In this document: piece by piece, positions 25,801 through 35,900 of the stretch | Layout of the letters: the number at the start of each line of letters is the position of its first letter | How positions within the stretch are numbered: position 1 is the stretch's first letter | Assembly: GCA_051362555.1 (NCBI GenBank) | Contig: CM120640.1 | Span: 41,084,788-41,148,787, forward strand | Length of the DNA: 64,000 nucleotides | From: Lingula anatina | Lineage: Eukaryota > Animalia > Brachiopoda | Reading direction: 5' to 3' | Made by a program: the position numbers and the translations under genes | The notes under the pieces: generated by a model | Databases searched by the model: none | What the model was told of the DNA's origin: nothing | Seen by the model: only the letters and a program-made list of their open reading frames with translations

Positions 25801-27850
25801 GGGCAGTGGTGAGGCTGCAGTGGCCAACAACATTGTGAACATTACTCACAGGATACAGCAGTGGGATCTCAGAGACAATCCAGTACCAGATATTATGGAT
25901 GGTAAGTTCAGGCCACACCCAGGTGTGTCATATTAACCACTGGCTGTCAGTAAATTTGAAGCTCAACCAACAGCATTGGTAAAAATTAGTTTGGTTACTA
26001 TTCAGTGATTCTGCTTAAGGCCAAAAGACTTGTGTGTCAGAAAGGGGTTGAAGGGTGAGTTCCAGATTAAACAAAACATGAGTAGGGATTACTTTTTGCT
26101 CATTTTGAGAGAGGTGACATAACTTTTATAATTCTGTGATCTTTTCCAGCCAATGCCAACATAGTAGTTCCCAATTGCAAGCTGCACAATGATGCCAGCT
26201 GTGGCTTGTCCCAAGATGGCCGCTACCTGGCCACATTTGTAGGTAGCCACAGAGGATTCCCAGATGATACCATATTGGGGGTGTTCTCCCTGCAGCAGGA
26301 CAATCTTGGACAGTGTGTGTTTACCAAAAGTTTTGGTAAGGCCCCCTTTAAATAAACTTTTCATTTACTAACATAGGGCAAATAATTTCATAATCCAATG
26401 CATTTGTATTGTAACAGTTATAAAAAAGTGTTGTTATGAAATCCAATGAATTTTACATTATCATTTTCCTCACTGCACATTGAAGTGTCTACTGTATCAT
26501 CGGTTAATTTTTAAATTTTATTTCAGGTCCCAATGCAATCTCTGTCAGTGTCTCTCCTCTTAACAACTACATACTGGTTGGGTTGGCAGCAAAACGTTTA
26601 GCATGGGTCTTCACAGAGAAACAGGTAAATGCTTAAGACTGAGATCTACTTGTTAAACATGCCTTTATGAATCTCCACTATTCCACCAGGCACTCGTCCA
26701 TCAAGCTCAAGTCTGAGAAAATTCAGTCAAAAACATTTAAAGGAAAGAAACTTCAGCTACTTCATACTATTGAACATTTAAACGGGCACACAAAGTGGTT
26801 TTAGTTGGAAAAAATACACAAAAACACTACTTTCACAACTTCAGACACTCCAAATACAAGATCTATTTCAATTCAACGTCAAACACATGACCATTACTTA
26901 GAACCAAAAATCACATTAACATCTAGCAATCATAACATACCTTATGTGTCATGTGACTGAGATACTAACATATGAATGAGCAGGTGGAAAAAATATCATC
27001 CTGTTATGTCATTCACATGGCCATGGCTTGTTATTTCAGGTTGTAGCACAGGTGTTTAAGCTGGTCCAGCCTTTGGGTGGGGAATCCTCTATGAAGGTAA
27101 CTATATGTCTTATCTTTCTTTATAGTCAAGTTCAGGTTCTTTTTTATCCATTTGTTCTTCATTGTTTGAGTAGTCATTATAAAAATATTTTAAATTTTTC
27201 CTCTTTTTCACTGATTAAAAAGTGATTCTAAAAGTCAGTTCAGGCTCTCATAAATGCCTCTAAAACTAAAACTTTTTCCTTTTAGATACTGTTAAAAGAT
27301 GTCACCATGTGAATCAATAATCACTGCATTGTCATAGTGGTGATTGCATGGCCAAGTTGCATTTTAGAAACTTATTATTTAATCAAATTATTTGAAAGTT
27401 TGGTTAAATAATTTAGGTGTCCCAGTTATAATAATATTACATGAACCTCTCAATGTATTTTACATTGGCAACATTACATCGTCATTGAGTTTCCTGTGAT
27501 AACATTGGTAGTATTGTTCATAATTTCAGCATGTAATGGACATAACCCACCCCTGTGCTGGAGAGATCCCCACACACGTCAGTGTAAACTCAGCAGGCTG
27601 GCTGCCCACTGTTGGGGCAGGACTGGTGTATGGGACCAACCGGGGTGATCTGTGTATCTGTACCCCAGGGAAGCTCAGGTCTGCACCAGGGGAGGAGGGG
27701 GAAGTGAACAGTAACATCCATCGTAACATAATGCACATGCTTGGGTATCAGGTGCCACGGACTATCAGCACAGCAACGCAGACGGCTAGACCCCGGCAGA
27801 ACTCGTCCACACAGACCAGTGATAGCGAGGCTTGGTCTGAAGAGATGTGA
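16689..27850 (+). CDS. AMBRA1: Activating molecule in BECN1-regulated autophagy 1 (DCAF3), 1299 aa; join(16689..16811,19915..19973,20439..20622,21079..21254,21877..21975,22485..22639,22912..25002,25233..25320,25500..25651,25791..25901,26150..26335,26527..26624,27040..27096,27530..27850)
   Basis: N-terminal WD40 part ([44 protein letters not shown]) and C-terminal part ([44 protein letters not shown]) match human AMBRA1. 13 GT-AG introns; exon lengths sum to 3900 nt, in frame. Confidence 0.95.
19915..19973 (+). CDS. AMBRA1: AMBRA1 coding exon 2
   Basis: [20 protein letters not shown]; ctttcag| and |gtaagt. Confidence 0.92.
20439..20622 (+). CDS. AMBRA1: AMBRA1 coding exon 3 (WD40)
   Basis: [61 protein letters not shown]; |gtaagt. 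Confidence 0.96.
21079..21254 (+). CDS. AMBRA1: AMBRA1 coding exon 4 (WD40)
   Basis: [58 protein letters not shown]; |gtaagg. Confidence 0.95.
21877..21975 (+). CDS. AMBRA1: AMBRA1 coding exon 5
   Basis: [33 protein letters not shown]; tttcag| and |gtaagt. Confidence 0.92.
22485..22639 (+). CDS. AMBRA1: AMBRA1 coding exon 6
   Basis: [51 protein letters not shown]; phases fit both neighbours. Confidence 0.82.
22912..25002 (+). CDS. AMBRA1: AMBRA1 coding exon 7, 2091-bp S/R/N/G-rich disordered region
   Basis: Core of the 769-aa ORF; acceptor tttttccag| at 22911, donor G|gtaagt at 25003; GC-richer than flanks. Confidence 0.92.
25233..25320 (+). CDS. AMBRA1: AMBRA1 coding exon 8
   Basis: [29 protein letters not shown]; phases fit. 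Confidence 0.82.
25500..25651 (+). CDS. AMBRA1: AMBRA1 coding exon 9
   Basis: [50 protein letters not shown]; donor A|gtgaga. Confidence 0.85.
25791..25901 (+). CDS. AMBRA1: AMBRA1 coding exon 10
   Basis: [37 protein letters not shown]. Confidence 0.93.
26150..26335 (+). CDS. AMBRA1: AMBRA1 coding exon 11
   Basis: [62 protein letters not shown]. Confidence 0.96.
26527..26624 (+). CDS. AMBRA1: AMBRA1 coding exon 12
   Basis: [33 protein letters not shown]. Confidence 0.95.
27040..27096 (+). CDS. AMBRA1: AMBRA1 coding exon 13
   Basis: [19 protein letters not shown]. Confidence 0.93.
27530..27850 (+). CDS. AMBRA1: AMBRA1 coding exon 14 (with stop)
   Basis: [44 protein letters not shown]...TATQT...[18 protein letters not shown]. 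Confidence 0.95.
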   Translation, partial: HVMDITHPCAGEIPTHVSVNSAGWLPTVGAGLVYGTNRGDLCICTPGKLRSAPGEEGEVNSNIHRNIMHMLGYQVPRTISTATQTARPRQNSSTQTSDSEAWSEEM

Positions 27851-29094
27851 AACCTGCTAGGCACATGAGAGTATGTTGAACTAAGCAAGTCCAAATGGCT
27901 TTTTTTGTAGGAGTCCGGTATACAAAGTGTATAACATGTTAGACAAGACTCTCTACCTGGAATCTATTCAGATTGCGTATTAAGGTTTCAGACAGTAAGA
28001 TGTAAGCAGTAATTGGCTTTTTATGTTTCGTCATTGCAAATTATGTATGTGAAAATCTGTGCCAATTAAAATGATGGTACATTGAAAAAATTAAGGTTAC
28101 GGAAAGTAACATAGCAAAGAAACGATTTCAGAGCATTTTTATGCAGTATTCAACTTGGGGCATTATTGGTTTTTCACTCAAAGTAGTTTTCATTTTGGAA
28201 TGGTATGTTCATACTATTTTTTTTCCACCCAAGGTATTTTTCATTTTGGGATAGTATGTTCATCTCTGTATTTAGTGGATTTTTGTTATAAAAGATATTA
28301 GAGAGAGTAAAGGATTATAAAGAGTTAACAATTTTGATATGATGATCATGGAACAATCATAGGCAGAAAATCCAGAAAGGACAAGGAACAAATGTATGTT
28401 TATTATAGGATACACTGGGAAGCAATAGGTGTTGGGACAGAAGTCCAGGAAAGTGAGTTAAATTGCTATTGAAATCAATAAACAGTATGTCAGCATTATA
28501 AACAGACAATTTGAGCAGTTCAGGGCTTTGTTTCACCATTTGTTACTCTTATTTCCTTACAAAAGCAGTTATAACCTATATATTGATGTTTGTGTTATGT
28601 GACCCAAGTTTATTTTTCAGGGTGGAAAGGTTTGCCAACTGAGCTTTCAACATTCATGTTTAAAAGGAACTTTTTGAGTACTATTGAGTTTGTGAAGTGT
28701 GGCTACCGTTCAGAATATCCCAACATTCCCACAACTTTTTTTAAAAAATGTTTTGATAATCTCATGGTGCTGGAAGTTTTTGTATTAGTAGAAAAGAGTA
28801 ACTGTTTCAACGTTTTAAAATGTAGATAGAATTCAAATTTGTGTATGTTAGATGGTAAAATGTAATTTGTTCCATTTGTTGAGTTTTCAGTCCATTTCAG
28901 TTTACGCTTGTAGAAGGATTAGGATTACTATAATTAATATTTTAATTATTTGCATGTGGCAATGAAACTTATCAGAATGATTAGTGTGCATATAGGCTTG
29001 AAGCATCACAGCTTGTTTTATTTAAATAATTGAAATTATGGTTGCAAAAAGCTTCCATATAGTGCAAAGTTATTTGCTTGAGTTCATGATAATG

Positions 29095-29100
29095 AATAAA
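29095..29100 (+). terminator. Candidate distal polyadenylation signal of AMBRA1
   Basis: AATAAA followed by a T-rich tract; T/G-rich plus-strand composition switches to A/C-rich shortly after; another AATAAA at 28477-28482. Confidence 0.45.
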
Positions 29101-29678
29101 ATGTTTCTGTTAACATCAGTTTCTTCATTTTTCCTCACTTAAAAACATGGTAAGTGGTACTGGTTACAAATCTACATTAAATGCATGCAAAAAATAATAA
29201 GACTGTACATGAATCTCTTCATATTCTGAATAAATTAAAATGAGGTCACACTCAATGCAGCCCAAGTATTCTTATAATGCTGTTAGAGAAAAAATCATTT
29301 AGCAACCCTCTTGTGACCTTAGTCATAAATATCACATTTATCTCCCAATGGTATGACCTAAAGAAAGTCTTGCAAAAAAAAAAAAAAAAAACCTTGTGTT
29401 GGTGACTAAAATTCTAAAAGATCTTTCTCCACTCATAAAGTAAATCCTTGGTTTTGCAACCATTTGTTCAGAGGAATTAAGCAGGTAATATGTACAAAAG
29501 CAACTGCAAATTGGCCATATCTACCCTGAGCTTCAAATATGACACATGCCTGCTTGTTCATTTTCAAATCCCAATCCACTCAAGCTGCTCAGAGAAGCAG
29601 GCTAGTGTTACAAATCTAAAAATGAAGAAGCTGGTTTGAATCAGGTCTGAAACTCTGGCTAACCAACTGAGACCGTTA

Positions 29679-29928
29679 CTAGTTTGTAGAAGACCCTGAC
29701 CCAGAATCAGTCTCCCCACTAGAGGAAGCTCCACTAGCATCACTCGGCTCTAGTTGCACTGGCTTTGGGGTTGGTTTAGCTTTGGAGCGTTTTGAGTGGG
29801 CAGACTTTGGCACTTTGTTATCTGTTGGCTGAGGTTTGCCAGCATCACTAGTGGAGGACACAGGTCTTGCTGTCCCTGAAGGGGGTCTATTAGCAACTCT
29901 ACTGGCAGTACTAGGTCTAATGGGTGGA
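29679..29928 (-). CDS. CSTPP1: CSTPP1 last coding exon (low-complexity tail)
   Basis: ctttcttttcag|; PPIRPSTASRVANRPPSGTARP...SSSGETDSGSGSSTN-TAG; requires phase 2, as supplied by 8a or 8b. Confidence 0.8.
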
Positions 29929-32900
29929 CTGAAAAGAAAGAGCAAATCTGCAATCAATTCTGACTCAAAATAAAATTTGACTTTTGAGGTATTCTGATGG
30001 CATGGCATACTTACACTTTAAGTTATCACTGATACATCTATGATTTTGATATTTTGAGATTCAGCATTTGAGCCAAATTGTAATTGTGAATAAAAAAATT
30101 ACCCCTCATGGAATAAAGATATGAGCCTATTGTCATTAATATCAAAACACATCTAAATTTCAATATGAAAGCAGATTGTGTCAAAATCTTGCCTAGGATC
30201 ATCTACTTAACTAATGAATCAATCCTACAACAGCTACAAAACTAGCAGTGAAAGATTTTCTAATAACAAAATAAAAAATAATGCTTTCTTTTAGAAAAAG
30301 AAACTGGCAAACAAGTTTTTAGCAGATTTTCCCTGATTTTTAAATTTGATAATATTTTCCCTGTGTTTGAGAATTTGAACCAAAGATGACCACTACTATA
30401 ACACAGGGTTGTACATACATAAAAAGGCAGCCAAAACTGCTCAATTTACAGACATTTTCTGGTCCACAAATTTAATGCAAAATTTGAGGAATATGATGAC
30501 TGTTTAAAACTTATATTCTTTGCAAAATAATGTGCATGGTTACTGCTGCAGTGATTGCTTTGGCAACATGAATAGCCTCCAGTGGTGGCCGTATGTACAA
30601 CCAAAACTGTCTGTACGTAAAAATTAAAAACCAAAAACAAAACTGAAAAATATACCCAAAAAAACTAAAAAACAATAGACCCAAAAAAAAGCTACCTGAT
30701 GACATAAGCTAATATTCACACTAACTACCAGTAACTACATGAAGTAAAAAGACAAAAAGACCATGGTGTGGACTGGTCGTCCATTCTAGTCCATGTCTCA
30801 CTCACAGGACTGGTCACCTGAGCTGGAGGTGCTGGGATAGCTTGACTAGAGATAGCACAAGGAAGATAATATATAACACTGTGTCCCTATTTTTTTTTAT
30901 CTCAGTATGACTAGTATCACACATTGCAAACCTAACATAAATTTTTGTCAATAATATCAACACAAGAAGAGCATATGGGTTGTCATAATCCTAACGTCCA
31001 AACTTCTTTTTATGTATTGCAAATCCACTTTCACATAATCTGTTTTATACTTAACCACATATCTTTGCCAAAGGATATATCTATAATTTGCAAGAACAAA
31101 AAATTCTGCCCAAATATACATTTAGTAAAAATGAAAAAAATATTTACGAGACAATGTTCAACATTTAGTGTTGCATAAAATTTCTGAGGTAGTTATTCAA
31201 GGATTGTTAGTATCACTACATTTGAGATAGAAAAAACATAAGAAGACAATATTCAATATTCACTATAAGTTAAATTTGGATTTCCCTCTTGGGCTTCTAA
31301 CCCTTGCACCAGAAGGGGAACTCCTGGAAGTGCTTACATGGTGAGATCTTGATCTGGAACTGCGAGGAGTTCGGACTTCGACGGGAGCTTCCCTGAAAAT
31401 TCATAGAAATATGTCAAAATATGAACAAGATGATGATAAGCGAGATAAAATCTAACACGATCATTTTTCAGATCCTAACTTGTTTAAAAGTCAGGGGTAA
31501 TGGATGTAAAGAAGGTAAAGCAAAACAAACAAAATAAAAATTCTAATTTAGAAAAATTAGAGTAGGTAAGTTTACCAATATCACTGATATATATATATAT
31601 TTGGTGACTAATATGCAAGGGCAGAGTTCTCTTATTTTTTGTCAAAAGCAGTTAGCAAGATATGCTAGGCGCTGGTTCTCAATCTTCAGTCATAAACAAG
31701 AACGGGTTATCTTAGACCACCTCTGAAGTAAATAAATGAAATATTCTAAATTAAATAAATAATAATACAAATTAAATATCATAGAACTATAAAACAGTTA
31801 AAGTTAACCCATTCCTGTCATGAGCTTGAATTGAAAAGTGTACAAATATAAGCTCATTTACTTTTATCTTACATCGAATATGATGAATGCAAAATGTACC
31901 CCAATACATTTATAGTTCAAATTTGTAGACAAATTTTACAAAGCTTGTTCCAATACTTCCCTTTTCAAGTCACACATCCAAAGGGGTATAAAATGCATAC
32001 AACAAGAACATAAAAAAAAGAAAAGAAAAAAGGACTGTTGGGGGTAAAAAATCCCATACCAAGTGTGATAGAAAAATAAACAGCAGTAAACTACAGCAAA
32101 CATGGTAACATTGCAGGTTTTCTAAGTGCAGGTATCAGTATAAACAATGTGTAAAACCAACTAATATACATTTTTTGTTTATTTTTTTTCAATTCATATA
32201 TGCCAACAACAAAAATAATTTAAAAAATAATCAAGAAAGGCATTTCAGCAATATAATAAAAGATCAAATAAACTTGTGTCAGAATATATTTGAAATGTCA
32301 GCATCATGAAGGCGCACATATTCAAGATAAACATTCCAGCAGCAACCTGACCTGTGGAAGTATTACTGACATTATCGGTGTCAAAATAGTATTTTGTCCT
32401 ATTAAAGATTTAATTAATCTTAAATTGCAAATAAGAAAAATAAATGAAAATAAGAAGCAATAAAGTAAATCAAATATAAAACAATGACAATAATAACTCT
32501 GACTAGATAGCAATCAAATATCAAACATATTTTACTTTTTTTGTTTATCAAAACGGATAATCATGCTAAATGACAACACACCTAATTCTATTCAAAATGT
32601 ACAGCACTATAAGTAAAACGTGAATGTTGTTGTGGCACACATTAGCTGTGATAGCTGTGTACAGAGCTAAACATTTGTGCTGTGCATTACAGTACAAGTC
32701 ACAAGCGACACACATGCTTTAGCACACGTCACACGTGCTGCGTTTGCTCAGTCTGAGATAACTCCAAGAATGATCTAAGATACTCCTAGAAGCAGTAGGA
32801 CATCAGTCACTTACTGTACAGGCTCCTCAAACTCGATGTATAAGTTTTGTTTATCAGGAAGAACACCTTCAAACAGCAGCAAAACAAGCTGTCATGCACT

Positions 32901-35900
32901 GGTTAGAGCACTGATTAATTTCAACATTATAAAAAAACTAAAAAGTATTTTTAAAAAACTATCATCAAAGTCACTGTGGAAATGTAAGTATGTCTAAATG
33001 TAATGTCTTATGTAAGTAGCACTAAGTCATGCATAGTTCAACTTTTTAATCTATCATCTATATATGTGTTTGATCAAGGAAGGGATAGCTAGGCCAAATC
33101 TATTCATTTGTGTACATTTACATTATATGTTGTTTTGCCACAACTAAACATTTGTACAAATTAACACGTTTTGGTATATGAAATCTATTCTAACAGGTAC
33201 TAATGAGTGTGCCCCAAAAAAAGGAAGCATAAATCAGTTTTAATAGAGTAATATGAAGTTAATCATGCTTTAAAAGTTTACAAATTAAACTGAAATATCA
33301 AAATGAAACTTATGAATAATTAAATAAGGTTATCTTAAAAATATAAATAATGACATGCAACAAATGTGTTTAAAAAGATGCAAAGCATTAAGTTAGACAT
33401 ATATCATGCAAAATATCCACACAATTAATAAAAAAATAATTTATAACATGCAATTACAGGGTTTAACACTTTCAACTTAATAAAACATCTTATATTTCAG
33501 TACAATGAGCGTGGGTGGTGAAAATGTAAAAAATGAAAATTTAAAACAAATCACATTCAAGCAAAATCCATGCATAACACAAGTCACCACAACACAAACT
33601 GTCACTGGCATACTCCAAGTTCTCACTAAGTTTGTTTGAATTTTGAAAATGAAATAAGGAAAACTGTGATGTCATAAAGGCAGCACCCAAATGTGTCAAG
33701 CAGAAGATGGGCTGCAAAAGGGGCATTGTGGTAGAGAAGCCAGCACAATCAAGTGATCTGTACAACCAACCACCAATAATGCTTCACTGGAGATATGACC
33801 CCTAAAAACAGGGGAGTAATCCTGCTTGAAGATATCAAAACAATAATACCTGGTTTACCATCCTTTAAAATCATATTCATACCAAAGATTAATATGATAA
33901 AACTGTAAGGGAATAACCTGACCTGAGTTGCCCTATCTTAAGAACCTAACATGTACTGCACTAAGAAATCCACTTGTTTTACCTCAACTTCCACATTTAC
34001 TTAGCAATCAAAAATATTTTCATTTCACTTAACACTGATTGCCTAAAACACAGGATATTTTCATTTGGAAAATTCAATTATGTGTAAAATGAGACTCTCC
34101 CAATTGAGACTAAGCAGTTGTAGCCATTTGTTTCTCAAAACAAGTTATCATATTAGCTTGCAGTCATCAAGTTTATCAGGACTTAAAGCTAGTTGACAAG
34201 ACACAAACAACTGAACAAGTTGACTTTCACTTCCAGTGCAAAATGGCAATATTTGAGCAGGAATCACAATTTCTTTACTTAAAAAACATGCAGAATGCCT
34301 TTGAGACATTAGTTCAAGTTTTTTGAAAGGAAAAAGTTTATGCACAAAACATCCAACCTAAGTGCAGAGACAGGTGAAGGAGAAATATTTTTTTTCCAGA
34401 GGAAATTAGATTTGGTGTGAAAATCCTAAACTAATCTCAAAGTTCTATCTTAGTAATCAAATTCATCCTGATTAACTATTCAAAATATTTCACTTAAATG
34501 GCTTTTCATTATAATATATAATTGCCAAAAACATAAAAAAGAAATTTTTGTTCAAGTTTACTAGCAAAGACACATCTGATGAAAAAATACCTTGGATGAG
34601 TTAAATTAATAACCAAATAACAAATAATTTTCAATAAACATTAGACATCTATATTTACATGTCAAGATAAAAATCTTATGAGCAGTTTATTGCAGTAGGC
34701 ATGCTCTATCCCCAAGTCAACTTTTGTCCGAACCTGACAGAAGGCATTACCTGGTGTACAGTATCCCTGCAGGCCCATTTACACACAGGTAACTGAACCC
34801 ATAGCTTTTGAGACTGGTTCACACCTGCATCAGTTTTATCGAAATGGATCCAGGTGAAGAGTCACAGATTATTTCTGCCTACCTCTTATCTTCTTACAAA
34901 ACTTTTAGTTCCTTGTTTGATAATATTATCCTAAGTTGGTTAAAATGCGATCCATTTCACTCTGTGTAAATTTGACTTCAATGACCATCTGGCTTGTCAC
35001 CAGGAGACAGGAATGAAAACTGACAGCATCAACGCCACTATCTGACACGAGATCAACATTCTAACAATTGAAAGACAGCTATCTTGGTTTAAACCACAAA
35101 ACTTAATTTCTAATGGAAACTATTTCATTAGATTAGATCATCTATTCTGATTAATGTAACATTTATCCTCAATTTAGCTTGCAGGTGTTTAATTCCTGTC
35201 ATTCAACCTCCAGATCATAGGTGTAATGTCAGACATGTTTTGAAGTTTTAATGGAACATATACATCATGCACATTTTCTTTCGTGTGTCGAAAATAAATA
35301 AGCTACATTAAAAGTAACATTCAGGAAAAAATCACTAAGGGTGCAAGTTTTTACTAAATCTTGCCAAAAAGATCTAGAATGTCGAAGTTGATCCATGCAG
35401 TGACAGGAACATGACCAATGATTTGTGGAATAGATGACCACCTGTCTTAATGGCACTTTTATCTACAATAACCATGTCCAGGTTACCACTTAGTAGTTAA
35501 TGTCACCATGTAGTAGTTTTTTTAATATATATTATTTTTTAATTTCAGCAATTGTAATTTTTCTGTTGTGCCATAATTTGTTGACTTAAGAAAAGAATGG
35601 GGGGGGGGGGTGTCAGGTGTTTTGGCAAAGGCACAAGATTGATTCTATAACTGAGGTTGTGCTAGTCCGTTCAAAGAGGAAAGGAATACAGTAAAACCAT
35701 TTCAAGTAGGCAATTAAAAGCCATTGAAATTTGATATATTAAGTGATGTTCGATTAGCCCACATTTGTCAGTATTTCAGGTGCTAGCCACCTGAGAGTGA
35801 GAAGACAGCATTCCACATATCTATCAATAGAAATGATTGTAATCTCACATCTCCATGCAGTTTACGTTCAATGAAGTGAATGGCACCGCTTATGTACTCA

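Noticed and set aside
34880-35060. Possible extra CSTPP1 exon
   Set aside because: In the required phase it hits TGA immediately; no homology recognised.
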